This document shows, piece by piece, positions 32,793-45,694 of a DNA stretch of 63,932 bases. Location of the stretch: NCBI RefSeq assembly GCF_000281045.1, contig NW_008246115.1, forward strand, positions 134,275 to 198,206, written 5' to 3'. Position 1 is the stretch's first letter. Each line of letters starts with the position of its first letter. Under the pieces are notes generated by a model that worked only from the letters and a program-made list of their open reading frames with translations, had not been told where the DNA came from and searched no databases. This stretch comes from Saprolegnia diclina VS20 (Eukaryota). Both the position numbers and the translations under genes were made by a program.

Positions 32793-35700
32793 TTAACAAA
32801 AGGGCTGCTGGCAGATCGGACACTTGTTCTTGCTCGACTGGTTGAACCACTTGTAGAGACACGAGTTGTGGTACTTGTTGTTGCACGTCTTGCACGGCAA
32901 GTTGGGCAAGCCCATCGTCTTGGGGTTCAGGATCGAGTAGCAGATGGGGCACGGGTCGACGCCGTCAAACTCGCGGTCGACGTTTGTCTTCCAGAGCAAG
33001 ACCGCATCGAGAAGCGAGCCGTCCTGGGACGACGTGACCTTGATGATCTGCAGCACCCAGCGCCGCCAGCGCTCTTCGGATATGCCAATGCGCTTGGTGC
33101 ACTCGACCTCGACCGACCGGAGCGGGTACGACGCTGGCACGCGAATGACCATCTCGAGCGAGCACTCGTCCTTGATGTACGACGTGATGATCTCACGCGA
33201 CACTTTGCTGCCGCGGACCGTCATCTCCCTACACGCCGCTTCGTCAGCATCGATTCTACGAGACGTGGACTATAGTCCTTGCAGTTGACCGTACTCGGGG
33301 TCCCAGAGGTCCTTCTCGGACGAGGCGTGGATGGCCGTGATTTCTTCCTGGAGCAGCAGCGGCGAGACATTCTACTCAAGCGAAGGTCATCGAACGGAAT
33401 GAGATCGATCGCCATACCTCTTCGCAGAATCTGGCGACCCACGACCGCGCGCTGCGACTGCACTCGTCGTTCCACCAGAGCCGGACCATGGTCGGCAGTT
33501 TGACCACCGTGCGATAGAAGAGCGCGGCCGCGAGTGGCGACAAGCGGTCCGAGAAGTCGGTCGCGGCGGTCGCCAGCGACGGAAACGCCGACTCGAGATG
33601 GCGCTCGGACAACGCAATCGACTTGATGTGGTCGCCGCACGACAGCAGAAGCGACGAGAGCTGCGGACGCACGTACGCGCCCAGCGCCGACGTGAGCAGC
33701 GGGCTCGGCGTCTCGGGAAACATGCGCAGGTACAAGTCCCAGAGCAAAAATTGCGCCAACGACTCGGTCGCACTCATCGGCGTCGTCGAAATCGTTTGGA
33801 GCGCGGTCGCTAAGCCCGGCGTGATGAGCAGCGCCGTGATCGCAGCTTCGGTCGCGGCTTCGTCGTCGGCTTCCAGGTTCACACCGGTCGCCTCAGCATC
33901 GGCGAGGACCGCCAAGTTGGTCAAGCGCAGCAGCGAATAGACAGCGCCCTTGAGCACCGGGTGCGAGACCGACGTGGTGAGCGCGGTCCAGAGCACGTCG
34001 CGGCCGTTAAAGACATTGAGAATCGTGGCGGCCACCGCGTCACCGGGAAGGTCGACGAACGCGATGACGTCACCGAGCGTCAGAAGACCGTTGGCGACCG
34101 CCGTGTCGGCCGCAATTGCGTCATGGACCAAGTCGATGCACGCGCCAAGGTCGTTGCAGTGCACAAAGCTCGTTTGGACGCGCGCACGCGTCGCGAGGCC
34201 ACCCGCGACGGCCTGCAACGACGTCGCAAGGACCGCGTCGCGGTGGTGCCGTGCGAGCTCGAGGTCCATGTGGTCGCGTCCTGTGCTGGCGACGGCCGAG
34301 ACGAGCTGGAGCAGCGTCGACCGGAGGCGGAGGATCGTCGCACTTGCGTCCGCCGATTGCATCTTGAAGCCAACGACGTCGGACTGATCTTGCTTGGCCG
34401 AGAAGGCACTCTGCAGCAGCTGCATCGCCAGGCGAAGCGCGGTCGGCCGCGACGACAAGACGGACGTTGCAACCTGGCACAACAGCGTCCACTCGTCGAT
34501 CGCGAGCGGGCGACGCAGGCCATTGGTCGAGAGCAACCGCGTCCATTTTGCCAGCAGCGCATCGACGTCGACATCGTTCGGTGCCGAGTTGAGCAAAGCG
34601 ACAAAGGACGCACCGTGCGTCGACAGCGCCTCGATCGGCGCTTCGTCCAGGGCGGCGACGGCATCGGCCAAGACGTCCGTCGCGGAGCCGAGCCGGCGAA
34701 GCAAGATCGAGGCGTGCGCCGGGTACTGGTTCAAAAGGTCCTTCGTGACGATCGACGCGACTTGCGACGACGGCAGCGCGTCGACCAAGAGCTGCACCAG
34801 CGTCGAATGGAGGAGCGCGCTGTCGGGCGCCGTTCCGTGGCCGAGCACGACGCTGCTCTTGAGCGCGGGGTTGTCAATGTGGGTCGTGAGCACGACGTGG
34901 AGCCATGGCGCCGCCGCCTCCTCGGTGAGCGCGAGCGCTTTTGTTAGCAGCAGTGGCACGACCGGCGCTTCGTAGAGCGGGCCGAGGAGCACGTACGCGT
35001 CGAGCCAGCTGCTCGAGACGCTGCTTTCCAGCATCTCGCGCGGCGCCACGTGCGTGCTGTCGACCGTAAACCACGTGAGCGCAAAGCCAACGTCGAGGTA
35101 CACAAGCTGCAGCAGCGTATCCACGTTCGTAAAGCAGTCGTTGCCACGGACGAGCGCGCCGTGGTCGACGTGGCAGAGCTCGGCAAACACCTCGAGCTGT
35201 CGGTACGACGGCGTCGCGAGCGGTGCGAGTGTCGATAGCAGCGTCGACTTGGTCGTCCCGCACACGTCGTCCAGATGCAAGTAGGCGCTCGCAAATGCCG
35301 CCCACACCGCCGCGTCCTCGGTCGCAAACCCGGCGTTGAGCGCCGCCGCCCATTTCGTCTGCAGCAGCGTCTTTTGCGCCATCGGCCAAAACGACCGGAC
35401 GCGCGGGCAGAGGCGCTCGTTCCAGAGGCACTGCGCGCTGTGGGCGGTGGTCGGATTCGCCGCGTCCATCGCGCGCACCACGTGCAAGACGAGGTCGATG
35501 GCCTTGTCGCTGCGTTCGACATGCGGGAGGAGCGACTCGAGCAGCGAGAGCACGTTCTCCGGCATCGCGTCGTGCAGCTTGTCGCAAAAGAGGACGGCCG
35601 CGTCCAGTGTCTTTTTCGAGACGACGGGGACGCCAGCGTCGGCCCAGCACGACGCCAGGAAGAGCGTCTCGACCGACGTCCAGCGCCGCATCGCACCATC

Positions 35701-37927
35701 AATCAAGAGGGCGTTCACGTGCCTATCAAACCACGCACTCGTCCAGAGCACGCCCCAGAGCGACGCAGGCGACGCGACGCCGTCTGTCCACTCGGCCAGC
35801 GACGCGTCGGCCGACTTGAGCGCAAGCGACCGCACCGCGATCGCCGCCGAGAGCGGGTCGTCCATCATGTCCATGCGGCGCGTGAGATCGTCCCACATGG
35901 CCGAGCGCTGGTCCGGAAGCGCTTGCACGTAGTGCCAAAAGAGCTTGAAAAAGTCCGTGGGCGGCTGCAACTGCGGCAGCGCCGGGGCAAGCACCGACGT
36001 ATACTGCGTCGCGGGGTCGGCGCTTGCGTGGTCAAGGCCAAAGACATCGAGGAGCTGCGCGAGCAGCAAAAACTGCCGTGAGAGCGGGTGCGCCACGTCG
36101 ATGCTCTCGAGGATGCCAGCGTACACGGCCTTGACGAGCGGGTCCAGATACGTCGCGACCAAGTCAGAGTCCGACTGCTTGTGGTACGTAGTGCGGGCGT
36201 GGGCCAAAAGCCCGATGAGCCGCTCGGGCAAGAAGGCGGTCGACGCGACGTGCGTCACGACCATCTCGACGCATGCGACATGCAGCGTAGTATGAAAGAG
36301 CGTCACAAAGGCGTCTTGGACGGCAATGACCTTGTGCAGCCAGCGGCCTTGGAGCTCGTCGGCGGCGCTTAGCAGCGTCCTTCGGCCGTCGCGGAAGCTC
36401 GTCACGCGTGGGACAAGCGCAAAGACGTGCTTCGAAAAGGCAGCGAAGGCGCGGTCCGAGATGGACGACCGCAGCACGGCCGGGAGGACGCTCGTGAGCA
36501 CAGGCCCGAACGTCATCTGCACATACGCCGGCGGATCAAAGGCCGAGACAAATTCGTCCGAGGACGGCAGCGACAAGAAGATGGTGGCCATCGCGCCAAG
36601 ACACTCGAGAAACGACGTGACGACGTCGCTCTCAATCTGCACGACGTGGGGCGTCTCGAGGCCCTTCCAGAGCGCCGAGAGCAGCTGCGGGTAGACGCTG
36701 GACGCGAGAGGCAGCGGCATGGACGCGAGAAGCGGTAGGACGTTCGGGTACGAGCCGGCGCCCGAGCCGTAAAAGCCGTGCTTGAGCAGCGAGAGCAGGC
36801 GGGGGACAATTGCACTATGGAGGGACGCCCACGGAAGACTCGGCGAACGTTGCACGAACGAGAGCACGAGAGTCCACATGGCATCGTGGTTGCTGGCGAC
36901 TTTTTCTTGGAACGTGCTGAGCACCACCTAATGTCGCATATTTCGTGATAGCGGTGGAGATAGATGCACAAAGGACCTTGGCGTCCAGCGCGATCGCCGT
37001 GTGCATGAGCACTGACGTGAGCGCCTTGTACGCGCCGAGCCGAACGCAGGCCCGCGAGAACGTTGGGCTCTTCCCAGCCGCGGTGGTTTGCCGAGACAGC
37101 GCCTGCGATGTGAGCAAGTGGTGCAGGTGGCCGTCGGGCTCGAGGTGCGACGACGACGGCGCCATCGTTTCGACGAGCTTGCCGAGACTCAGGAGCGCCG
37201 ACGTGAGGATGCGTTCGTAGCGCTCTTCGGCCTCGTCGGCGCTGTACATGTCGCGGTCGCTGAGGTCGTCGACCTTGGCGGCGAGGTACGTGCGGATCGT
37301 CGTCGTGAGGAGCTCCATGTGGGTCGAGAGCACACTTTGCTGGTCGAGAAGCGTCGGGAAGAGGAGCTGGAACGCGCGCATGGCAAGGCGCGACGTCTCG
37401 ACGTGGTTGTCATGCATGGCGAGGACGTACCAGGAGGGTAAGAGCAGTGCAATATGGTTGTGGAAGACTGTCGCCTTCTTCATCTTCTCGAGCATGCTCA
37501 AGAGCACTTCGTTCGAGAGCTGGCGCACGCGCCGGTCGTTCTCGGCCATGAGCTTCCCGTAGAGGTAGCAGTAGTGGCCGATCGCTGGCCGCAGCTCGAG
37601 TGGCTTGCGGCTCGGCACGATCACGTCCTTCAAGTTCAAGAGCGCCTTGGTCTTCGTGAGCGCATCGCGCTTCCCGAGCATCTTGAGCGCAAGCGCCAAG
37701 TCGCCGTCCGCGCCATCATAAAACGAGAAGGTGGTCGAGGCAGCCAAACTCGTATCTTCGGCGGACGCCAAGGTCGCTGGCGCCGGCGCGGCCGCAGCCG
37801 CAAAGGCCCCAAAGCCGATAAAGCCCGACGAGGCCGCGCCAGAGAGGAGCTGGCCCGCGCGGGCGCTCGAGGAAGCGCTGGCCTTGGCCAGCTTGTCCTG
37901 CTGCTTGTTGATCTTCTTCCCGCCCAT
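32793..37927 (-). CDS. LTN1: E3 ubiquitin ligase Listerin (ribosome quality control)
   Basis: N-terminal ASSSARA..GFIGFG and KMLGKRDALTKTKAL; C-terminal RWD-like VPASYPL and RING CPICYSIL...CKTCNNKYHNSCLYKWF...CPIC; about 3 introns. Confidence 0.95.
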
Positions 37928-38907
37928 CGTCGTCTCGCCTCCAAGTCCAATGACCTTGCTGCCGACCGACACTCACAAAACTGCACGAGCCACCTGGTTG
38001 CACGTCGCTTACAAACCCCAAGTATAATCAAAGCTTGTTTTCATAGACGACAGATAATACTATTTCTGTGACTACAGTTGGAAACAGTGTACGTAGAGAT
38101 GACTTCGCGAGGGTTCCCGCCATGCCCTCGAGGACGGTGCGCCTGCCACTGTCGGAAGGAAGGAGCCCAGTGTGCTACCGAGGTGGGTGCAATTCGGCGC
38201 CTTTTCGATTGGAAGACGTGGGTAGAGACAAGGGTACATCGGGCAACGAACGTCATTCGCATTTTCGAGGAACAGTGCTCGGGGTTGTGCGAGCTGGACG
38301 GAGGAAACCTGTGACGTCGGGTGTCGAGTCATACAGACAGTGTATGGCACCTCGGCAAGTACCATCATCCTCGTGGACCCTGTCACCTCGTCACGGATGA
38401 CGGTCTCTACGATTAACGTGGGAACAATGGCGCTGGTCCTAGGGACTGGCGCATGCGAGTTGCGTCAACTCTAGCACATTCAAGCGCGGGAGACGGGAGC
38501 CTCGAGGCACCAAACGAGTAGGTTCTATCTACTACCACCCACAACGATCGAAGGGAAACTCCATGTTGAAGTTTAGTTAGTTGGTATTGCGCCGGTATTG
38601 TTGCCTCTACAATCTCCACCCGACTGACAGCAGTCGTAGGACGTCAAAACAACAAGGTAGCATCTAACACCCGTCGTTATGGCCTCGGACATACGCCTTG
38701 CGCGACCAAGACAGGTTGCAGCTACTCCTAGCGGTAGCCGCTCAATCAAGATCGTTGGGTCGACAGCGTCAAAAGCACACTATTTCAAGCGCTCAGGCGC
38801 CAGTGGACATCCTTGTACCGCTTTCTGTGCCACATAGCCGATAGGGCGGTCCCGCCAATCATCGGCCACCAAACGCTCTCGGACCGCGCAAGTGCAACAT
38901 CAAAGTC

Positions 38908-40605
38908 ATGGCACCCAACCTGTACGAGAACGCAGTCTGCTTGGCGCCGATGGTCCGCGCCGTACGTCCTCATCCTGCGCTCTTATGGCATCTGAGAGCT
39001 GCTGCGTAGGGCACGCTGCCGCTGCGGCTGCTCTCGCTGCGCTACGGCGCCAACCTCGTCTACGGCGAAGAGATCATCGACAAGAAGATTGCGCAGACGC
39101 ACCGCGTCGTCAATGGTAGACACACAGCATCCTCCGACTACCTGCAAGAACATATCGTAGATGTGCTCGGGACGATCGACTATGTGAGCGCCCAAGGCGA
39201 CAGCGTCGTCTTCCGCACCTGCGCCGAAGAGAAGGACCATGTTGTCTTCCAGATCGGGACGCCGGGCGCCGTCACCGCGCTCAAGGCCGCCGAGACAGTG
39301 TACGTCTACGACCGCTTGCGGAATGATTTGTACGATACCGTCCTGCATTAGCGCCAACGACGTGGCGTCCATCGACATCAACATGGGCTGCCCCAAGCAC
39401 TTTTCCGTGCAAGGCGGGATGGGCATTGCGCTCATGAGCAAACCCGAGGTCGCTTCGGACGTACGACACACTCTCACGGGATACTTTGTCTTTTCATTCG
39501 TACAATTTCTCCATGTAGATTGTCAAAACACTCCGTCGGAACCTCAATATCCCAGTGTCGTGCAAGATCCGCATCAAAGACAGTCCGAGCGCGACAGTAC
39601 GAATCCAAATTTCATGTTTCCAAACTGAAATTGTCGTTTTGAAAAGATTGATTTTGCCAAAAGCATGGAACAAGCGGGCGCAGCGGCCATTGCGATCCAC
39701 TGCCGGTACCACTGGATTCTTCAGTGACCGACGGCCATTCTCACATTTCATATGTGTTTGTCAGGCAACCCCACGAACGTCCCTGCGACGACGCGCACTG
39801 GGACGCGCTGCCATTGATTCCGTCGGCGCTCAACGTGCCGGTCTTGGCCAACGGCGATATTTACACGCAGGAAGACATTGCCCGCGTGCGCGCCGAGACG
39901 GGCTGTTCCGGCGTCCTCGTCGCACGCGGCGCCCTTCATAACGCGTCGTGCTTTCGCCAAGAGGGTCTTCTGCCCTACACCGAGGTATGAGATCTGAGTT
40001 TCACTCGGCATTGGTTTCATTATTGATATTAAATTAGAATATTCGCGAGTTTCTCAAGGTCGCGGCCGAGACAGACAATGTGTTCCAAAACACAAAGTAC
40101 TCGATTAGCCGCATGCTCCCGTCCAAGGTCAACCACCTCGAGACGCCGTCGGTCGTGCTGCCGTACGACCACGTCACGGTACTCCAAACCGGTTAAAAGA
40201 TCCCGTTGATACATTGATACTACCTAGGTCCCCGACATTGCAGCGACCAAGTCGAACCGCGAGATGTTTGCGCTCTTTGGTCTTGGCGAGTACTTGGACG
40301 AGTACACGGCCAAATACGCCGCCCGCGCGTCCGAGCTCGACGTGTCGGTGGGCCCCAACGCGCCGGACCGCGCCTACGACGACAGCCACGTACTGAACCG
40401 GCAATTCTTCTGCGACGCATGCGGGCTTCAGCTGCTGAGTGACCAAGACGTTGCACTCCATGTGAAGGGCAAGCGCCACAAGAAGAAGCTGCGCGCGCTC
40501 GCGAGCCAGTCGGTCTTGGCGTCGGTCGAGTCGTCCAACAAACGCTTCAAAGTGGCGACCAACGACGACGACGACGACGACAACGCACTCACGACGCAAG
40601 ACTAA
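38908..40605 (+). CDS. DUS2: tRNA-dihydrouridine(20) synthase DUS2-like with C-terminal C2H2 zinc finger, multi-exon
   Basis: LAPMVRA|GTLPLRLLSLRYGANLVYGEEIIDKK, VVFQIGT, IDINMGCPKHFSVQGGMG, VSCKIR, PVLANGD; tail FFCDACG...HVKGKRH. Confidence 0.9.
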
Positions 40606-41564
40606 AACCAGGGTTAACCTCGTGTTTTCTTGGGGCAGAATTTGGTCGAGCTCTTTGATTAAATTTTGCATTGGGGTAGCGTGCAATCTATGTGACGTAG
40701 TTTGGACTCGGTGGACGGGGTCAACGTACCCTGCCCTAAACCTCGGGTTTTCTTGGGGCAGCGTGTGATCTCATCAATTCGTCGATGCTGCAAATGCCCA
40801 TGGCGGCCAGCACTAGCGCGCTGCCAGTGCAATCTCCTTGGTGATCTGTTCGCGCACGACCGCGGCCGTGAGACCGACACCACAACTGCCCTTGCCCGTC
40901 GTGTAGATGTCTCTCGGGCTTACGATCACAATAAAAAATGTGCTGAGGAGCTGCCTCTTAACAATTAACAACACCAGGGTCACCCATGAGGCGCTGGAGA
41001 ATGCAAACTGGCTATCGAATAGTTAACCGCCCATCCAACCCAAAAGAAGATTTCCAACTCAATATTTGGTAATGAGATCCCACGTTGTCTCCATTTCGCT
41101 CCGAGCCGAGCCGCGCAGTGAGCGATTACATTGATTTATGGACGTGCTATGTATATTTTCGTATATCTTATCACTGGCGATTCGACGGGTCGATCTCTGT
41201 TGCCCTATCCCTCGCTCCAGCTCAGGTCCATCACAGCGAGACCGACGCTAGAGCTTCGTACAGTGTAACAACAAGCACACGTACGTCTTGACAAACTCGA
41301 CCGGTGACAACACATGCGCGAGGCGGAGCTACCCAGAGCTGCGATTTTCCTAGTAGGGGTAGGGTAGTGCGGGCGTGTGTTGCCCTTGAACCTGAGAGCT
41401 CGCCCATGTCTGTGAGCAAGCACAAAGTGGTTATGCACGCTTATGCTCCTGCAGATGAGCCCATACTACCTAGCATCTACTGTCCTTCAACAACCTCCAG
41501 GCATGTAAAATGTCATTCACACAGAAGATGACGACGAATGCTAAATACGAAAACAAAAAATTGA

Positions 41565-42641
41565 TTACGCAGCGTGCGCAGGGCTCTCGAGCGCGAGACG
41601 GTGCACGCGGCCGTGGAGGCTCTGATGGCGGCACGCAATCTGGTACTTGGTCGCCATGGCTTGGATCTCGGCCCCGACGCTTTCGTCCCCGTCGATCGGC
41701 GGGAGCGTGATCGTGACACCGCGGCACGACGCGAGGGCGGCGCCAAAGAGCAGGTAGGTCTGCATCGACAGCTCACTGTCGATATCGAGGACGACGCCCA
41801 CGGGGCTCGATGTATTCGGAAGGGCCCGCAAGAGCGCCGACGCAGCGTGCTCGGTGGTGCCGTCGAACGAGAGCTTGCGGAGGCCGCGCTTGAGCCATCG
41901 CGCGAGCCACTTCTCGACTTGGTACTCGACGCCGGCCATGTAAACGGTGCAGTCATAAAAGACGATCTCGTCGAGGAGGCACGGGGCGGCCACATGCACC
42001 GCGAACGCACCCCACGCCGCGGGCGAGAACTCCATCTTGTTCAGCGTGATGCGTCGGAGTGTCGGGGGAAGCAATGACGACGGGAGCATGCCTGTGGTGG
42101 GGAAGCGGCCAAACGACACCGTCAAGGTCTCGAGCGCTGGGAGGACCACAAGTGGACCCGAGATATCACTGGGATCTCCATTTCCGCAGGTAACATGCAG
42201 CGACCGGAGCTGTGTTACGTTGAGGCGAGCAAGCAGCTGCGCATATGCAGGCATGGCATCGGCGCCCGCCGCCAAGAGCAAGCTCGTGAGGCGTGTAAAG
42301 GCCGGCGCGACCGCCATGAGGGGCTCGAGCTGCTCGGGCATGTTGAAGCGGAACGCAAAATGGGAGAGCGGTGTCGTCATGCGGAGCACCGTCGCCAGTT
42401 CTTCGCTTCCGGCCGGGCCAAGGTACGACAGGTCCAGGCTCTCGGCGTCGCCCGACTCGAGAAAGCGGCGGACGACCCCCATCATGGTGGCATCGCCCTC
42501 TTCCCAGAACGCTACGAGGAAGCAGTGGTCGGGCGTGGGCTCGTCGGCCAGGCCGTCGTCGGCAGGTGCTGCCGGAGCGTGGGTCGAGGGGACCGGGTCG
42601 GGGCCCTGGACTGTCTTGGCCGCGTGCTTGTTGCTGCTCAT
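41565..42641 (-). CDS. RNI-like LRR family protein, copy 1 (lacks the family N-terminal region)
   Basis: Repeats such as FTRLTSLLL, LRSLHV, LPALETLTV, LRRITL; C-terminus LALESPA shared with paralogs. Confidence 0.7.
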   Translation of the reverse strand: MSSNKHAAKTVQGPDPVPSTHAPAAPADDGLADEPTPDHCFLVAFWEEGDATMMGVVRRFLESGDAESLDLSYLGPAGSEELATVLRMTTPLSHFAFRFNMPEQLEPLMAVAPAFTRLTSLLLAAGADAMPAYAQLLARLNVTQLRSLHVTCGNGDPSDISGPLVVLPALETLTVSFGRFPTTGMLPSSLLPPTLRRITLNKMEFSPAAWGAFAVHVAAPCLLDEIVFYDCTVYMAGVEYQVEKWLARWLKRGLRKLSFDGTTEHAASALLRALPNTSSPVGVVLDIDSELSMQTYLLFGAALASCRGVTITLPPIDGDESVGAEIQAMATKYQIACRHQSLHGRVHRLALESPAHAA

Positions 42642-42989
42642 CGCGGGTCGGAAACTAACCACAAACGATCCGTTCACTCTTCAACTGAAACTCAATTTCT
42701 GGAAAATGAGAAATATTTTTTCAATTTCGACGAACGACCTCAATATCGCGGCCTGTATCCCCTATAAACCGCGCCAAGCCATGAGGAATCTATTTAATAA
42801 GACATGGACAGTGTGTGCACGTTCTGTACCAAGTAGAATATAAATTCCATTCGTATTCTGGATGGGCGGCGCGTCTCAAAACCAAGGAAAAACTCCAAAA
42901 GAGAGAAAAATGGCGGGAAACCCAACCGGATCGCGACTGGGACCGCCCACAGCGCACACTATCAGAGCCCACTGTTCAAGAGCAAGTAC

Positions 42990-43250
42990 GTCGGCTTTCA
43001 GTGCCAAATCGAGAGTAGAAGCACATGACCCGTCGCAACTTCTGCCAAGCAGGTACGCCGCCACGCGCATATGTCACATCGACTCGCGCTTGAACGCGCG
43101 GTCGTCTTGGTAAGCATCGGCGCCAGCTTGGCTCTTTGCCGCATCGTCCGTATCGTGTCGGTAGTACAGCCAGTGCTTGCTGCGCAGTCTCCTTCTGAGC
43201 CCGCATGACTTCGACCAGCGCTCGTCGCAAGGTCCATCTTACCTTGCACG
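42990..43250 (-). pseudogene. Degenerate LRR-family fragment
   Basis: LAPMLTKTTA matches LASMLCKTTT / LSLMLPKTVA of the neighbouring paralogs; frames are broken. Confidence 0.4.
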
Positions 43251-43399
43251 TTGCTCCAACTCGACCGGCAGGATTCTCAAACCAGTTTCAAGCATTTTGC
43301 GGTGAACAGGGGTAAGGGCAAGGGGAAGGGTGATGGGTTCCCTCCGAACCCCCCGCCGCCCCGAACCAAACAAGGTTCAAGAGTCGATAGAAAGGATGC

Positions 43400-44926
43400 T
43401 TACATCTTAGGTGCCTCACGCCGGGCTCTCGAGTACGAGGCTTCGACGACCCGCGACGTATTCATACCGGTAATTGTACTGGCGCAGCACCGGCACGGCT
43501 CTATAATCCGTCTCTTCATCCATCGGCGGGAGGAAGATCGAGACGCCTCGGAAGTCGTGAGCGCTTGGTCCACTGCAATGTAGCACGGTCCAGACAGTTC
43601 GTACTCGTCCACGATATCGAATGCGGCGCCGAGCCGGCTCGTCGTATGCGGAAGCGCCGCTGCCAGCCGCATAATGGACTCGTTGCTAACGTCGCACTTG
43701 TGCATGGCGATGCTTTGGATGCCTCGGCGGATCCAGTCGGGCAGAGTCGTCATGATAGCGTCGGTAATCGCTGTGGAAAGCTTGCACTCGAGCCACGTCA
43801 ATGATTCGAGCTCATACGCGCTGGACAAGCCCGCTGCAAAGGCGTTCCACGCCGGTCCGTCGAACGAGATACTGGTAAATGCTACACGGCGAAGCGTCGA
43901 TGGCAGTCGCGCCGTGGGGGCCATGGCATCGACGGCGAAGGAACCGCGCGCGAGGCTCAGGTCTTCGAGCACCGGGAACGACGGCAGCACATCGAGGAGC
44001 ACGCCAAAGTTGACGTACTCGTAGTGAGGACATGTAATGTGTAGCATCGTGAGGCGCTGGCCGTCGAGGCATGTCAGCAGCTGCACGAGCACCGGCATGT
44101 CGGACGCATGCGCAAGCTTGATGCGCAAGCGGGTCAGACGCGTGAACGAGGGCGCGACAGCCACGAGCGGGGCAAGGAGCCCCGGCATTTTGAGACACAT
44201 GTCGAGGGTCGAGAGCGCGACCGTCTTGGGCAGCATGAGCGACAGCGCGTCGTGGTCTCTCGGGTCGTCCGATGCAAAGAACGACACGACCAATGTCTCG
44301 GCGTACGCGGAATCGAGCCAACGCCCGATGGCCGAGATCTTGGCGGCCTCGCGCGCCGGGCAGTTGATCGCGAGAAAGCTGAGGCGGTGCGCGGGCGTCG
44401 TGACGGCGTCCAGGGGCGATGCGTCGCCCGAGACGTTGCGAGCGTCAAAGCTCTGGAGCTTGATGCACTCGCGCAGGACGCTGCAGAGGCGTGGAAGCGG
44501 GATATTGATCAGTACGTGCGGGTGGGTATAATGGATGACCTTCTTGCTCCATGCTTGAAGCGCCTCCAAGCCGGCGGGATCCATCGGCACGCCGAACACC
44601 ATGGCCGCGGTCACGACGGGCAGTGCATCGCGCGCGAGGCGTGCGCCAGTGGGCGCGAGCTCGGCCAGCTTGAGCATGGGCCACAAATGCTCGACGGCCT
44701 CGTGCTCGGTGTAATGCCGGTACGAGATCACAGCGTCCAGCGGGCGTTGCAGCAGCTGGAGGAGCGCGGCCAGCGGCGGACTCCGCGCCGAGGCTGGGAG
44801 CGCCGACAGGAAGGCCTTGACGTCGATCGGCGCTTCCAAGCACTGGACGATGGCGACGAGGACGTGGTCCAGTTTGAACGCCGTCGGCGATGGCGCGCCC
44901 ATCCACTGGCTCCGGCGGCTCGTCAT
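43400..44926 (-). CDS. RNI-like LRR family protein, copy 2, with a C-terminal frameshift
   Basis: N-terminal LDHVLVAIVQCL..VKAFLSALPASARSPPLAAL; LRR-like repeats. The family C-terminus (RGVSIFLPP...LVLESPA*, stop 43416-43418) lies in a shifted frame after ~43551. Confidence 0.75.
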   Translation of the reverse strand: MTSRRSQWMGAPSPTAFKLDHVLVAIVQCLEAPIDVKAFLSALPASARSPPLAALLQLLQRPLDAVISYRHYTEHEAVEHLWPMLKLAELAPTGARLARDALPVVTAAMVFGVPMDPAGLEALQAWSKKVIHYTHPHVLINIPLPRLCSVLRECIKLQSFDARNVSGDASPLDAVTTPAHRLSFLAINCPAREAAKISAIGRWLDSAYAETLVVSFFASDDPRDHDALSLMLPKTVALSTLDMCLKMPGLLAPLVAVAPSFTRLTRLRIKLAHASDMPVLVQLLTCLDGQRLTMLHITCPHYEYVNFGVLLDVLPSFPVLEDLSLARGSFAVDAMAPTARLPSTLRRVAFTSISFDGPAWNAFAAGLSSAYELESLTWLECKLSTAITDAIMTTLPDWIRRGIQSIAMHKCDVSNESIMRLAAALPHTTSRLGAAFDIVDEYELSGPCYIAVDQALTTSEASRSSSRRWMKRRIIEPCRCCASTITGMNTSRVVEASYSRARREAPKM

Positions 44927-44999
44927 TAGTCGGACCAGAGTTTTTTTCAAACTGAATCTTAATGCATCGCTCAATTTGCGTTTTTCTCAAACTATAGGC

Positions 45000-45170
45000 T
45001 GGTACCAGACCAGGAGCTCGACATCCGTTGCGGGTGGAGACGGGCAGAGCGGCGAGGAAGGCCTTGACGCCGCCAAGCACTGAACGAACGTCGTGCTGAT
45101 GCGAGCGGCGTCAACGACAGACGACGGGGCTGCGGCCGCGCGCTTGGCCCTGTTGCTCACCCGCCACATG
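45000..45170 (-). pseudogene. 5' relic of an LRR-family gene
   Basis: FVQCL and VKAFLAALP in different frames match IVQCL..VKAFLSALP of copy 2. Confidence 0.6.
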
Positions 45171-45694
45171 GCCTTTCCGCCCACTCAATCTAATAACAAG
45201 AAGGCGACTGCGCCACTACTAACTCGCGCGCCAACGACCGTTGTTGCCTCCAGCTGGTCGAATCGGCGTCAGCCACGACGAGGTCGATGGCAAGAGCGTC
45301 CAACACAACGCTGCATCCACGGGCGTCATCACTGACGCTTGGGAAGGAAGGACCTTTGCGATACTTCAGTTTCGTCATCGCGCGTTTCGACACATGACGC
45401 TCTTGCAGCTGGAAACCGCTGTCATCACGGCGGAGAACGAGATCGGCGGCGGCATACCGTAGCCAGCACGTCATTTCTGCCAACGTCAGCAGTCTACGTG
45501 ACTGCAGGGATAGGGCATCACTAGTAGTTGCATCATCTTCTCGTCCTGCGCGTCTTCGGCGCCGATGCTATATGTCCAGCTGGGTGGACATATTGTCCAC
45601 GACCCTACTACCCTACCCATTCTACTCGTTAGATGGAAAAAACTACTAAGCTTAGTACAAATGCTTGAACGGTATGCAAAAAAAGCACGGCGGC

